DNA from: Candidatus Latescibacterota bacterium
GTDB lineage: Bacteria > Latescibacterota > UBA2968 > UBA8231
NCBI GenBank assembly: GCA_965221775.1
Contig: CBDCSU010000004.1
Location: 576,001 to 640,000, forward strand
DNA length: 64,000 nucleotides
Direction: 5' to 3'
Shown: positions 18,802 through 31,795 of the stretch, one piece after another
How the letters are laid out: each line of letters starts with the position of its first letter
Position numbering within the stretch: the stretch's first letter is position 1
Position numbers and translations under genes: made by a program
Notes under the pieces: generated by a model
The model's input: only the letters and a program-made list of their open reading frames with translations
Databases searched by the model: none
Told to the model about the DNA's origin: nothing

Positions 18802-21800
18802 CGTGGTAGTCCTGCAGCGCCCGGACCGATATGGCGGTGCGCAGCAGGGCCTCGATGCCGTCGGCGGCGGCCTCCGCGCCGGCCAGGGTCGTCGTGTAGG
18901 GCACGCCGTTCATGATCGCCGCCTGGCGGACGTAGGCGTCGTCATACTGGCTCTGCTCGTCTTCGGGGGAATTGATGACCAGGGCGACCTCCCGGCCCCG
19001 GATCGCGTCCTCCACGTGGGGGTGCCCTTCATGGATCTTCAGGATCTTCTCCGCCTCGATCCCGTGACGCTCGAGATGGATTCGGGTGCCCGCCGTGGCC
19101 ACGAGTTCGAATCCGGCGGCGCTCAGTCGGCGCGCCACGTCGACGATGCCCGCCTTGTCGCGGTCGTTGACGCTGATGAAGACCCGCCCCCTGGAAGGCA
19201 GCATCGACCCGGCCCCCATCTGGGCCTTGAGGAAGGCCTCGCCGAACTCGGCGCCGATCCCCATGACCTCGCCGGTGGACTTCATCTCGGGACCGAGGAT
19301 GCCATCGGCCCCGGGGAACTTGCTGAAGGGCAGGACCGCCTCCTTCACGGAGATGTGAACGGGCGCCGGCGCGTCGGCGAATCCCTGCTCGCGCAGGCTG
19401 CGTCCGACCATGACGCGGGCGGCGATCTTCGCGAGGGGACGGCCCGTGGCCTTGCTCACGAAGGGGACCGTGCGCGAGGCCCGGGGATTGACCTCGAGGA
19501 CGTGGACGAGATCCTGGTGGATGGCGTACTGCACGTTCATCAGTCCCTTCACATCGAGGGCCCTTGCCAGGTCCCGCGTGTGGTCCTCGAGGGCTCGCAG
19601 GTGGTCCGGCGCGATATCGTGCGGCGGCAGGACGCAGGCCGAGTCGCCGGAGTGGACGCCGGCGTGCTCGATGTGCTGCATGACGCCGCCGATCAGCACG
19701 TCGCCGTCGGCGTCGGCCACCGCGTCGACGTCGAACTCCCGGGCCCCTTCGAGAAAACGATCGATCAGCACCGGATGTTCCGGTGAGGCGGAGATCGCCG
19801 AGGTGATGTACGACTCCAGGCGGGCCTCGTCGTAGACGGTGACCATGGCCCGCCCACCGAGGACGTAGGAGGGCCGCACGAGGACGGGGTAGCCGATGCG
19901 CTCGGCGATCTCCCGCGCCTCGGGGAGGGAGCGGGCCATGCCGTTTTCCGGCTGGCGGATCCCCAGCCGGCGCAGCAGGTTGCCGAAGTGCTCGCGATCC
20001 TCCGCCAAGTCGATGCTGCGCGGCGACGTGCCGATGACGGGGACGCCGTTGGCCTCCAGCTCGAGAGCCAGATTGAGGGGAGTCTGCCCGCCGAACTGGA
20101 CGATGACGCCCTCGGGCCGCTCGTGCTCGACGATGTGGAGGACGTCCTCGACTGTGAGGGGCTCGAAGTAGAGCTTGTCCGCCGTGTCGTAGTCGGTGCT
20201 CACCGTCTCCGGGTTGGAGTTGACCATGATCGTCTCGAAGCCGTCCTCGCGGAGGGCGAAGCAGGCGTGGACGCAGCAGTAGTCGAACTCGATTCCCTGG
20301 CCGATCCGGTTGGGCCCGCCCCCGAGGATCATCACCTTGCGGCGCCCGGACCGGGCCTCCGACTCGTTCTCCCGTTCGTACGTGGAATAATGGTACGGCG
20401 TGTGGGCCTCGAACTCGGCGGCGCAGGTGTCGACGGTCTTGAACACGGGGCGCACGCCCTGCTCCCGTCGCGCCTCCCGGACCTGCGACTCGGTGCGCCC
20501 CGCCAGGTAACCCAGTTGGCGGTCGCTGAAGCCCAGGGCCTTGGCCGCCCGCAGACGCTCCCCGTCCCCAAGGAGCCCCTCTCGCGCCTGCCGCAGCTCG
20601 CCCTCGGCCTGGAAGATCTCGGCCAGGCGGTCGATGAACCAGGGATCGATGCGGCTGAGGCGATGGATCTCTTCGGGGGCGAAGCCCTTGTGCAGGGCGG
20701 CATTGAGATGGAAAAGCCTCTGCGAGCTCGGACGGGCCAGGTGGCCGCGGATCTCGGCGTCCGGAATCTCCAGGGTTTCCTCGACTTGGCCGTCAGCGCC
20801 CCAGCCTCCCCGGCCGATCTCCAGCGACCGCAGGCCCTTCTGGAAGGACTCCGCAAAGGTGCGGCCCACGGCCATCGTCTCTCCCACCGAGCGCATCTGG
20901 GTGTCGAGGGCGTCCGGCGTGGATGGGAACTTCTCGAAGGCCCACCGCGGAATCTTGGTCACCACGTAGTCGATGGTGGGCTCGAAGGAGGCGGGCGTCT
21001 CCCGGGTGATGTCGTTGGGGATCTCGTCGAGGGTGTACCCCACGGCCAGCTTGGCGGCGATCTTGGCGATGGGGAAGCCCGTGGCCTTGGACGCCAGGGC
21101 GGAGCTGCGCGAGACCCGGGGATTCATCTCGATGACCACCATGCGGCCCGTCTCCGGGTCGACGGCGAACTGGATGTTCGACCCGCCCGTGTCGACGCCG
21201 ATCTTCCGGATGACCCGGATGGCGGCATCGCGCATGGCCTGGTACTCCTTGTCGGACAAGGTCTGCGCCGGAGCGACAGTGATCGAATCGCCCGTGTGCA
21301 CCCCCATGGGATCGAGATTCTCGATGGAGCAGATGATGACGACATTGTCGTTCAGGTCGCGCATCACCTCGAGCTCGAACTCCTTCCAGCCGAGAACGGA
21401 CTCCTCTATCAGGACCTCCGCAATCGGACTCAGATCGAGGCCCCGCCTGACGATGCGCTCGAACTCCTGCGCGTCGTGCGCGATCCCGCCACCCGACCCG
21501 CCCAGGGTGTAGGAGGGCCGAATGATGGCAGGATAGCCCAGGCTGTCGACCAGTCCCGCGGCCTCTTCGACGGAGTGGACGAAATGCCCGGCGGGCATTT
21601 CCAGCCCCGACTCGTCCATCGCCTTCTTGAACAGCTCCCGATCCTCCGCCGTGCGGATCGCCTCGAGCCGGGCCCCGATCAGCTCCACGCCGTGCTCTTC
21701 GAGCACCCCGGACTCGGCAAGCTCCACCGCCCGGTTCAAAGCCGTCTGTCCGCCCACGGTGGGCAGGAGGGCATCCGGTCTCTCGATCTCGATGATCTCG

Positions 21801-22024
21801 GCGCAGGCCTCGGCGGTGATGGGCTCCACGTAGGTCCGGTGCGCCGTCTCCGGGTCGGTCATGATCGTGGCGGGATTGCTGTTGACGAGGACGATCTCGT
21901 AGCCCTCCTCGCGCAGGGCCTTGCAGGCCTGCGTGCCGGAGTAGTCGAACTCACAGGCCTGGCCGATGACGATCGGACCGGAACCGATGAGCATGATCTT
22001 GTGCAGGTCGTCTCGACGAGGCAT
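18794..22024 (-). CDS. carB: carbamoyl-phosphate synthase large subunit
   Basis: [25 protein letters not shown], duplicated ATP-grasp domains, C-terminal MGS domain. Confidence 0.98.
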   Translation of the reverse strand: MPRRDDLHKIMLIGSGPIVIGQACEFDYSGTQACKALREEGYEIVLVNSNPATIMTDPETAHRTYVEPITAEACAEIIEIERPDALLPTVGGQTALNRAVELAESGVLEEHGVELIGARLEAIRTAEDRELFKKAMDESGLEMPAGHFVHSVEEAAGLVDSLGYPAIIRPSYTLGGSGGGIAHDAQEFERIVRRGLDLSPIAEVLIEESVLGWKEFELEVMRDLNDNVVIICSIENLDPMGVHTGDSITVAPAQTLSDKEYQAMRDAAIRVIRKIGVDTGGSNIQFAVDPETGRMVVIEMNPRVSRSSALASKATGFPIAKIAAKLAVGYTLDEIPNDITRETPASFEPTIDYVVTKIPRWAFEKFPSTPDALDTQMRSVGETMAVGRTFAESFQKGLRSLEIGRGGWGADGQVEETLEIPDAEIRGHLARPSSQRLFHLNAALHKGFAPEEIHRLSRIDPWFIDRLAEIFQAEGELRQAREGLLGDGERLRAAKALGFSDRQLGYLAGRTESQVREARREQGVRPVFKTVDTCAAEFEAHTPYHYSTYERENESEARSGRRKVMILGGGPNRIGQGIEFDYCCVHACFALREDGFETIMVNSNPETVSTDYDTADKLYFEPLTVEDVLHIVEHERPEGVIVQFGGQTPLNLALELEANGVPVIGTSPRSIDLAEDREHFGNLLRRLGIRQPENGMARSLPEAREIAERIGYPVLVRPSYVLGGRAMVTVYDEARLESYITSAISASPEHPVLIDRFLEGAREFDVDAVADADGDVLIGGVMQHIEHAGVHSGDSACVLPPHDIAPDHLRALEDHTRDLARALDVKGLMNVQYAIHQDLVHVLEVNPRASRTVPFVSKATGRPLAKIAARVMVGRSLREQGFADAPAPVHISVKEAVLPFSKFPGADGILGPEMKSTGEVMGIGAEFGEAFLKAQMGAGSMLPSRGRVFISVNDRDKAGIVDVARRLSAAGFELVATAGTRIHLERHGIEAEKILKIHEGHPHVEDAIRGREVALVINSPEDEQSQYDDAYVRQAAIMNGVPYTTTLAGAEAAADGIEALLRTAISVRALQDYHGG

Positions 22025-22211
22025 GCTCGGGGGTCACCCCATCCGTGGGTACGCAGGCAACAGATGGTCGGTCGGGGAAAGGTCGGCCAGTGCCGGGACA
22101 GGCCAAGCCGGATATGGCGAGAGCAGGAGCACCCTGGGCACGCCTGCTCGAAGACTCGACTGCACTGCGCCGGGCCGCAGGACCTGAGGAGACCTGCGCA
22201 CCATCGCCCGC

Positions 22212-22769
22212 CTAGTCCTGCATGAGTCCCAACCAGACCAGCAGGATGATCAGGGCGATGGTCGCCGCGTATCCCAGCCGAAGAAACCGATCGCGGAGCA
22301 GGGCCCCGTCGATGGACCCGGATGCCGGCCACCGCAGGGGGCGGAAGGCCGCCCGGTCTCTCGGAGGCTCCTCGCCGTCGCTCTGGAACCGGTGCGCATC
22401 GATCAGGCGCACGAGGGAAGGATCGTGCTCGGCGATAGCGCGCAGGATCGACCGCTTGCGGCGCGCCACCCTCTCGGAGAGCTCCTTCGAGGACGCTGCC
22501 CGCCCCTCCTCTGCCGGCTCTTCGACATCGCCCACCGGAACCTCGCCCGGGCCTCCCTCGGCCCGGCCCGCGATGAGCACGGTCTGCTCGTGGGCCAAGC
22601 TCTCGGAGAGCTCGCTGACGACCGCTCGATCCTTGACGTTTTCCTGGATGACGGCGAAGCAGGCGTCGATGAAGCGCTTGAAATCCTGCCGGATCTCGTG
22701 CTCGGAAAGGCCGAGGAGGTACGACTCCTCGATCATCTCCTCGATCGCCTCTTTGACCTTCGACGACAT
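22212..22769 (-). CDS. hypothetical protein with C-terminal transmembrane anchor
   Basis: Acidic helical ORF ending in a hydrophobic stretch (YAATIALIILLVWLGL); upstream TTGACA-N17-TAACGT at 22907-22879. Confidence 0.65.
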   Translation of the reverse strand: MSSKVKEAIEEMIEESYLLGLSEHEIRQDFKRFIDACFAVIQENVKDRAVVSELSESLAHEQTVLIAGRAEGGPGEVPVGDVEEPAEEGRAASSKELSERVARRKRSILRAIAEHDPSLVRLIDAHRFQSDGEEPPRDRAAFRPLRWPASGSIDGALLRDRFLRLGYAATIALIILLVWLGLMQD

Positions 22770-22903
22770 ATCCTGAACCTGCCCCGGGCGGAGAAAACCG
22801 GTGGTCCGGAGGCTCATTGACAAAGGGCGGCCCCGAACGCGGGGCAGGGCGGATCTCTACCGGCAACAACAGCCGGTTACGTTACTCGATCCCTCCGGGA
22901 GTG

Positions 22904-24475
22904 TCAAGAAACGGCCCTCTGGCCGGTGACCTCCAGCATGGCTGGCGGGATCCGCTCGGCGAGATCCGTGGCTCGCATCGACCAGGGCCCCAGCCGATCG
23001 CGCGCGAGGTCGCCGGCGAGGCCGTGAACGAAGACGGCACAGGCCGCCGCCGCCAAGGACCCGGCCCCCTGGGCGAGGAAGCCCGCCACCAGTCCGGTAA
23101 GCACATCCCCCGACCCCGCCGTGGCCATTCCGTCGTTGCCCGTGGGATTGACGAAGGTGTTCCCGTCGGGAGCGGCGACCACGGTGGGCGCCCCCTTGAG
23201 CACGAGAACCACCGATCGGGAGACGGCGAAATCCGCGGCCAGGCCAAGGGGCTCCTCCGCGACCCGGGCGGGGTCGCAGCCGCTGAGCCGCTGGAACTCC
23301 CCCGCATGAGGGGTCAGCACCCTCTCCGCCTCGGGCAGCGGTCCTCCCCCCGAGAGGGCGTAGAGCGCGTCGGCGTCGATCACCGCCGGGGGGAGATCGG
23401 GACGCGACAGCAGGCGCCGCACCAGCTCGACGGTCTCGCGGTGGCGGCCGAGGCCGGGGCCGATGGCCAGGGCCTGGGCCCTGTCCAGGAGACGCTCCAC
23501 CTCCCCGAGGGCCCTCAGCGACAGGCAGCGCGACCGGCGCACCTCGGGAAGGGGCCGGGTCATCACCTCCGTCAACTTGGTCTCCAGGATGTCGTGCAGG
23601 CTCGCCGGGGCGCCGAGCCGCACCCGCCCGGCCCCCGCCCTCAGCGCCGCGTCGGCCGTCAGGCAGGCGGCCCCCGTCATCCCCTCGGAGCCGGCCACCA
23701 CGGTGACGGCCCCGCAGGAGCCCTTGTGGGCCACCGGGGACCGCCGCGGCAGGAGCCCGGCGATCCCCTCCCGGGTCAACAGATGGGTGGTGGCCGGGCA
23801 GCGGGCGATGGCGGCATCCGGGAAACCGATGTCAACCAGTTCCAGGGCTCCGCAATGGGCCCGTCCCGGGTGGAAGAGGTGGCCCACCTTCACCAGCCCG
23901 AAGGTGACTGTCAGCGCTGCCCTCACGCACGCGCCCGCCACCTCGCCCGTGTCCGCCTGGAGGCCGGAGGGCAGGTCGACGGCCACCACCGGCCGGCCGC
24001 AGTCGTTGATGGCGTCGATGGTCCGCGCCTCCGTCGGCCGGGGCCGGCCCCGCAGGCCGGTTCCCAGCAGGGCGTCCACCACGATGTCGGACTCGCCAAG
24101 GGCGGCCGTCAGGTCGTCCGGCGACGGCTGGACCACGGGGCCGGCCCGCGCTTCGAGCCGCTCGAGGTGATGGCCGGCATCTCCGGTGATCTGCTCCCGG
24201 GGCGCGGCGAGGTAGACGGCCGCGGGGACGCCCGCCTGCGCCAGGCGCCGCCCGACGACGAAGCCGTCGCCGCCGTTGTTTCCCTTGCCGCAGACGACGG
24301 CGACGCGCAGATCCTCCAGGCCGGACCAGCGCTCCTCCAGGATCCGCACGACGCCGGCCCCGGCCCGCTCCATCAACTCCGCTCCCGGCACACCCATCTC
24401 GATCGACAGGCGGTCGATGTCCGACATCTGCCCGCCGGTCACCAGCTTGGGGAATTCGATGGAGGCCAGGCTCAT
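22904..24475 (-). CDS. nnr: bifunctional NAD(P)H-hydrate epimerase/dehydratase
   Basis: LMERAG, CGKGNNGGDG, VDLPSG, HKG..G, GPGLG, DADAL, TPHAGEF, MATAGSGDVL. Confidence 0.95.
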   Translation of the reverse strand: MSLASIEFPKLVTGGQMSDIDRLSIEMGVPGAELMERAGAGVVRILEERWSGLEDLRVAVVCGKGNNGGDGFVVGRRLAQAGVPAAVYLAAPREQITGDAGHHLERLEARAGPVVQPSPDDLTAALGESDIVVDALLGTGLRGRPRPTEARTIDAINDCGRPVVAVDLPSGLQADTGEVAGACVRAALTVTFGLVKVGHLFHPGRAHCGALELVDIGFPDAAIARCPATTHLLTREGIAGLLPRRSPVAHKGSCGAVTVVAGSEGMTGAACLTADAALRAGAGRVRLGAPASLHDILETKLTEVMTRPLPEVRRSRCLSLRALGEVERLLDRAQALAIGPGLGRHRETVELVRRLLSRPDLPPAVIDADALYALSGGGPLPEAERVLTPHAGEFQRLSGCDPARVAEEPLGLAADFAVSRSVVLVLKGAPTVVAAPDGNTFVNPTGNDGMATAGSGDVLTGLVAGFLAQGAGSLAAAACAVFVHGLAGDLARDRLGPWSMRATDLAERIPPAMLEVTGQRAVS

Positions 24476-24481
24476 GCAGAC

Positions 24482-25723
24482 TCAGTCGTGAGTGATACCG
24501 CGGACCAGGAAGTCGGCATAGGTCCTGGCCGTCTGCGCCAGGTCCCGGAGGCTCACCCTCTCGTCGGCGCCATGGGCCCGCTCGCCGTTCACCCCGTAGC
24601 CGATCCCGGGCAAGCCCGCGTCGACGAAGTAGTGAAGGTCGGTGAATCCCGTGGTCACCCGGTACTCGACGGCGTGGCGGCGGACGGCGCGCACGCTGCG
24701 GGCGAAGGATCTGGGCAAGACCCCGTCGTCACCGACGACGCAGGGCTCGATCCGCAGCAGCGGCCGCACCCGGTGGCGGGCCTCCGCCCGCGCGGCGGCC
24801 CTCGCCAGGGCCTCGACCAGCTCCGCCTCCGCGTCGGCCAGCCGCTCTCCGGGCAGGAGGCGGCGGTCGATGGTGAAGGCCGCCTTGCCGGGAACGGTGT
24901 TCACCTTCTGGTCCAGGCCGCCGCGGAAGACCCCCCCCACGTTGATGGTCGGTTGCCGGTTCCGTCCGTCGGGCCCCTCCCAGCCGCGGGAGGGGTTGCC
25001 GAGCCGACGCTTGATCGAGCGCAGGTCGTGGACCATCCCCGCCATCTTCTCGAAGGCGTTGACGCCCCGCTCGGGGCTGGAGGCGTGAGCCGACCGGCCC
25101 GCGACCTCCACCTCCAGCCACAGGACGCCGTTGTGGCCCAAGCCGACGCGGCTGCCCGAGGCGCCTTCGCACTCCACGGCGTAGTCGGCGTCGACGAGCC
25201 CCCTCTTGACGATCCAGCCGGCCCCCAGGGCCCCGCCCGTCTCCTCGTCCGCAGTGAAGGAGACCTCGACGTTCACCGCCGGATCGACGCGCGTATGTCG
25301 GAGGGACTGCAGGGCGCCCAGCAGGGCCGCGATCGACCCTTTCATGTCGCCGGCGCCGCGGCCGTACAGCCAGCCGCCCCGGGAGACCCCTTCGAAGGGG
25401 GCCGCCGCCGACCACTCGGCGGCGGCCACGGGCACGACATCGTAGTGGGCGTTGAAATGGATGGTCTCGTCGGCTCCGGTGTCCCAACGGGCGACGAGAT
25501 TGTACCTCGGGTAGTCGGAATCGACGCCGGCGGCCTCCACCTCTGCGTCCGGTACCCGGTGAACCACGGGACCCATGCCCAGAGCCCCCAGGCGGTCTCG
25601 CAGGTGCTCGACCATCGGCCGGTACCCCTCCCCCGGGGGATTGACGGTGGCCATCCTCACCATCTTGCGCAGGTCTCGCGCCAGGGCGGCGCGGCGCTGA
25701 TCGAGGTGTTCCAGGGGATTCAC
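24482..25723 (-). CDS. M20 family metallo-amidohydrolase (ArgE/DapE-like)
   Basis: NAHYDVVP, YGRGAGDMKG, DEETGG, AHGADE. Confidence 0.9.
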   Translation of the reverse strand: MNPLEHLDQRRAALARDLRKMVRMATVNPPGEGYRPMVEHLRDRLGALGMGPVVHRVPDAEVEAAGVDSDYPRYNLVARWDTGADETIHFNAHYDVVPVAAAEWSAAAPFEGVSRGGWLYGRGAGDMKGSIAALLGALQSLRHTRVDPAVNVEVSFTADEETGGALGAGWIVKRGLVDADYAVECEGASGSRVGLGHNGVLWLEVEVAGRSAHASSPERGVNAFEKMAGMVHDLRSIKRRLGNPSRGWEGPDGRNRQPTINVGGVFRGGLDQKVNTVPGKAAFTIDRRLLPGERLADAEAELVEALARAAARAEARHRVRPLLRIEPCVVGDDGVLPRSFARSVRAVRRHAVEYRVTTGFTDLHYFVDAGLPGIGYGVNGERAHGADERVSLRDLAQTARTYADFLVRGITHD

Positions 25724-26886
25724 GTCTTCCCTTCCTCCCGAAGCCGGGTGGAACTCACGTCCAGGCGGAACTCGGACTCGGGGATCTCCTCGAGGAGGTC
25801 GGCGAAGCCCTCCGGTACTCGGACATCGCCGAGTCCGCGGTATTCGCCCTCCCAGACCCTTCCCGAGACCAGGAAGCGAACCCCGAGGTGGCCAAGCTCC
25901 CGCAAGGCCCGGTCCATGTCGTCGCGGTGGCCGCCGTAGTACCCGGGCTCGAACAGGCGCACCGCCGTGTCGAAGCCGATGGCGAACCAGCAGCCGGGGA
26001 AGAGTCGGGCCTTGCCCAGGAAGGTCGGCTCACGAGTCAGCAGAAGTCTCCTGTCCCCCCGGGCCTGGCCGGCCCGCTCCAGGATCTGGCGGTACGCCAG
26101 CGGCCTCTTGTCCACGTTCTCCACGGAGATCTCGAAGCAGGCTCTCCGGCCGCTGAGCCGCTCCGCCGCCTCGGCGAGACCGAAGTGACCGGCGTGGAAG
26201 GGGTTGAAGGACCCGGCCACCAGGATCATTCCCTCGCCCGGCACCGCGGGTCGTCCGGAACCGCCGGAGGCCTCCATCTCCACCGCCTCCAGCCGGCCCC
26301 CCAGCAAGCCCTCCAGCGCCTCGTCGACGGCCGCCTCGGAGTCCTCCACCCGGACCCAGGAAGGCAGGACCGGTCCGCCGGCGGCATCTGCTTCGGCACC
26401 CGAGGCGGCGGCGCAGCGGGCGACGAGGACGGCGCTGAGAACCTCCTCCTGGGAGAGCCGGTCCGCGGCCCCCGGGTCGAACCGGAGGCTGGCAAAGCAG
26501 TAGGCGAGGGGTCCCCGGGCGCACACGAAGGCCCGGTCCCGCCCCTTGCGCACCCGGTCGGTGGCCAGTGCGGCAGTGGCCCCGGCGCCGACGGCCCCTT
26601 CATGCCGGGCCAGACGCCGGGCACGGGCCCTGGCCCTTGCGGCCAGAAGCCGGGCGGTCTCCTCCCGGACCCGGTGCGGGCCCGGTCTGCCGAGAAACTC
26701 GGCGATCGCCTCCGGGAGATACGGGACCTGGGCCTCGACCAGGGCGCGCGAGGCACCGGGATGATTGAGCAACCAGCTCACCCCTCGGGATCCTCCGCCG
26801 GTGACGGCGACGGCCAGGGGCCTGCCGGCCGCCAGGATGGCCTCCACCCTGTCCCAGGCCCAGGACTCGAGGGCCGACTCGGTCAC
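25720..26886 (-). CDS. CinA/PncC-like domain fused to a HIGH-type nucleotidyltransferase domain
   Basis: GTG start overlapping the upstream stop (GTGA); AVTGGG..PGASR..VPY, then GSFNPFHAGH, ENVDK, IGFDTAVR, DVSSTRLR. Confidence 0.75.
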   Translation of the reverse strand: MTESALESWAWDRVEAILAAGRPLAVAVTGGGSRGVSWLLNHPGASRALVEAQVPYLPEAIAEFLGRPGPHRVREETARLLAARARARARRLARHEGAVGAGATAALATDRVRKGRDRAFVCARGPLAYCFASLRFDPGAADRLSQEEVLSAVLVARCAAASGAEADAAGGPVLPSWVRVEDSEAAVDEALEGLLGGRLEAVEMEASGGSGRPAVPGEGMILVAGSFNPFHAGHFGLAEAAERLSGRRACFEISVENVDKRPLAYRQILERAGQARGDRRLLLTREPTFLGKARLFPGCWFAIGFDTAVRLFEPGYYGGHRDDMDRALRELGHLGVRFLVSGRVWEGEYRGLGDVRVPEGFADLLEEIPESEFRLDVSSTRLREEGKT

Positions 26887-28298
26887 AGGAGGCCGAGGAA
26901 GTCGATCACGCCGCGCACCCCCCAGGCGGTGAGAAAGAGGCCGCTCAGGACGTTGAGGATCAGCAGGGTTCGGCCCATGCGCAGAGCCGGCGGCAGACGC
27001 GTCCGGTCGGTCCACACCATCAGCAGGCACCAGAGGCCGCAGGTGAGCACGCCGCCGAAGATCGCGGCGGGTGTCACGATCTGCACCGGATTGCCGCCGA
27101 GCCACATGATGGAGACCCCGCCGATCCCGCAGTAGGCCACGACCCATGGCCGCAGCCGCCGGAGCGGCATCTGGCGCACCCTGGCCGAAAGGGGCCGCAG
27201 ACACTCGTGGGTGGTGCGCACGTAGAGCTCGTAGGCGCCGAGAATGGTGCCGAAGAAGGCGGTGAAGATGCCGGCCTGGTACACATATAGAAGTTTGGGA
27301 TGCAGCCCGGTGAGAAAGGCGGCCTGCACCGAGAGAAGCTGCAGGCCCGAGGGCACGACCTGCCCCGGGTGCAGGAGCGCGGCGCCGAGGATCATGAAGG
27401 CCATGGTGAAGACCACGACGCAGAGAAAGCTGCCTCCCGTGTCGGCCAGGGGCGCCCGCAGCCAGGCCCGTGCGCGGCCGACGTTGGCTTCGTCCACGGG
27501 GATTGCGACTCCCCCCGACCCTCCCGGCGGACGCCGACCGAGAAGTCCCCATCCCTTTTCCCGAAGCATGCCGATGTAGCCGAAGTAGTCCTGCGTTCCG
27601 CCGCCGATCGCTCCGAGATAGGTCCCGAGCTCGAGCCAGGGAGAACGGCCGGCGATTGCCGGGTACTTGGCGCTCACCCAGGGCTGGTAGGCGGGAAGGG
27701 AAGGAACCAGGCTGCCTTGCAGGGCCGCCAGCCAGTCGGGGCGGCAGGCGAAGGTGGCCAGTAGGATGAAGAGGAGGAGGACACCGACGATCACCGTCTG
27801 GGTGCGCTCGAGGGCCCCGTAGCTCTGCACCAGGGTCAGGAGGATGGCGGCGCCGGCGAACAGGGTGCCCCAGACCCTGCCGTCCGACCAGAGGTCCGTT
27901 CCCCCTTCGAGCCCGCCGATCCAGACGACGAGGCCGCCGAGCATCTTGGGGAGTCCCGACAACCACAGGGGAAAGCACAGGATCGTCATCGCCGAGAGGA
28001 GGACCACCGCCCAGCCCTGGGGGCCGGGAAGGTACCTCCAGCTCTCGATCGGATGTTCCCCGGTGAGGGTCATGTACCGGGCGGCGGTGTAGACCTGGAC
28101 GAACTTCATCAGCCCGCCCCCGATGAAGCACCACAGCAGGGCGTATCCGAAGAGGGCCCCCCCGCGCGAGGCGAAGACGGTCTCGCCGCTGCCGATGGTG
28201 ACCGAGGCGATGATGGCGCCGGGTCCGAAGGAGCGCAGGAGGGCTCCCACCCTCCGGCCGGTCAGCTCCGCGGGGGGTTCGGGGTAACGGTTGTCCAC
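26883..28298 (-). CDS. Nramp-family (MntH-like) transporter
   Basis: GPGAIIASVTIGSGE N-terminal motif, GYALLW, about 11 transmembrane segments. Confidence 0.8.
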   Translation of the reverse strand: MDNRYPEPPAELTGRRVGALLRSFGPGAIIASVTIGSGETVFASRGGALFGYALLWCFIGGGLMKFVQVYTAARYMTLTGEHPIESWRYLPGPQGWAVVLLSAMTILCFPLWLSGLPKMLGGLVVWIGGLEGGTDLWSDGRVWGTLFAGAAILLTLVQSYGALERTQTVIVGVLLLFILLATFACRPDWLAALQGSLVPSLPAYQPWVSAKYPAIAGRSPWLELGTYLGAIGGGTQDYFGYIGMLREKGWGLLGRRPPGGSGGVAIPVDEANVGRARAWLRAPLADTGGSFLCVVVFTMAFMILGAALLHPGQVVPSGLQLLSVQAAFLTGLHPKLLYVYQAGIFTAFFGTILGAYELYVRTTHECLRPLSARVRQMPLRRLRPWVVAYCGIGGVSIMWLGGNPVQIVTPAAIFGGVLTCGLWCLLMVWTDRTRLPPALRMGRTLLILNVLSGLFLTAWGVRGVIDFLGLL

Positions 28299-28365
28299 GC
28301 GGGCAACGAAAGACGGGGATGGCGAAGGTTGTCAATCGCCCTCGTCCCTCGGCATATTCCCCGCC

Positions 28366-29322
28366 ATGACCATCGATCGCGCCGTGATTCCGGTGGCCGG
28401 TCTCGGAACGCGGCTGCTGCCGACGACCAAGGCCGTGCCCAAGGAGATGCTCCCCGCGGGGCGCCTGCCGATCATCCACCACGTCGTGGAGGAGTTGATC
28501 GCCGCGGGGATCCGGCGGATCCTGTTCGTCAGCAGCCGCCAGAAAGGGGCGATCGAGAACCACTTCGACGACTACTCGTCGCTGCTGATGCACCTGGAGC
28601 TCGACGGCCGCGACGTCCGCGAGATGGGGCGTTTCGACTACCGCCAGCGCGGCATCGAGTTCCTCTTCACCCGCCAGCAGGTTCCCCTGGGCGAGACCAA
28701 GCCCCTGGGCACCGGAGACGCCGTCGCTTCGGCCGAGAGCTTCGTCGGCGGCTCCGACTTCGTCGTCGCCTACGGGGACAGCATCATCGCCTCCCCGAAC
28801 CCTCCGGGCCTGGTGGAGCGGATGATCCGCTCCCACGAGGAGCACCGCTCCGCCTGCACCATCGGCGCCTGGGAGGTGACGCCGGAGATGGTGAGCCGGT
28901 ACGGGATCCTGGTGCCCGCAGAGGATGGGGGGGACCCGGCGGACATCCGACTCGCCGACATCATCGAGAAGCCGGCCCCCGGCACCACCGACAGCCGCCT
29001 GGCGGTGAGCGCCCGCTACGTCTTCGCGCCGGAGGTCTTCGACAGGATCCGCGCCGTGGCGCCCTCCGAGACCGGGGAGATCTACCTCACCGATGCGATC
29101 CACCGCCTCATCGAGAACGGACGCGAGGTCCGCGCCGTGCGCCTCCGGGAGGACGAGACGCGTTACGACATCGGCAACCACTCCGCCTACTTCCGGACCT
29201 TCATCGACTACGCCCTGAGGGACCCGGAATGGGGGGAGGAAACGGCCGACTACCTCGCCAGGCGGCTGGCCGGCAGGTCCCACCGGACAGGTGGACTTGA
29301 CGCCCCCCGGCGGGGCGGATGA
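28366..29322 (+). CDS. galU: UTP--glucose-1-phosphate uridylyltransferase-like sugar nucleotidyltransferase
   Basis: AVIPVAGLGTRLLPTTKAVPKEMLP, GTGDAV, IEKP, GEIYLTDAI, RYDIG. Confidence 0.85.
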   Translation: MTIDRAVIPVAGLGTRLLPTTKAVPKEMLPAGRLPIIHHVVEELIAAGIRRILFVSSRQKGAIENHFDDYSSLLMHLELDGRDVREMGRFDYRQRGIEFLFTRQQVPLGETKPLGTGDAVASAESFVGGSDFVVAYGDSIIASPNPPGLVERMIRSHEEHRSACTIGAWEVTPEMVSRYGILVPAEDGGDPADIRLADIIEKPAPGTTDSRLAVSARYVFAPEVFDRIRAVAPSETGEIYLTDAIHRLIENGREVRAVRLREDETRYDIGNHSAYFRTFIDYALRDPEWGEETADYLARRLAGRSHRTGGLDAPRRGG

Positions 29323-29394
29323 ACCGGGGCGAAGAGGCGCGGGAGGGGCCTTCAAGAATCCCGGCCCAGGGTGGTGCCGGAGGGCCTTTCGCCG

Positions 29395-29422
29395 TTGACA
29401 GCAACCCGCCCAGCCGTATCTT
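29395..29422 (+). promoter_or_regulatory. putative sigma70 promoter of the sulfite/nitrite reductase gene
   Basis: TTGACA-N16-TATCTT; near-palindrome TGATTATCA just downstream. Confidence 0.55.
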
Positions 29423-29518
29423 ACGGCAACCTTAACGCACTGATTATCAAGAGCATAGGCCATCCGGGCCCGATTCGACGCGGGATCCCGGGGGCGGCAT
29501 CCGAAGCAGGTGGCAGAC

Positions 29519-31791
<2,273 letters not shown>

Positions 31792-31795
<4 letters not shown>

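Noticed and set aside
22025-22211. PyrR-type attenuator upstream of carB
   Set aside because: Two GC hairpins are present, but no PyrR-binding consensus or U-tract terminator.
22817-25939. 1040-aa plus-strand ORF and other long antisense ORFs (e.g. 19988-22225, 29447-31690, 54715-56850)
   Set aside because: Antisense shadows of well-supported genes; no recognisable motifs.
29423-29518. SAM-I riboswitch in the sulfite reductase leader (TTATCAAGAG ... GGCCCGAT)
   Set aside because: The downstream GGCAACC and GGTGC core elements and the closing P1 strand are missing in the required order; only an Rfam scan could rescue it.
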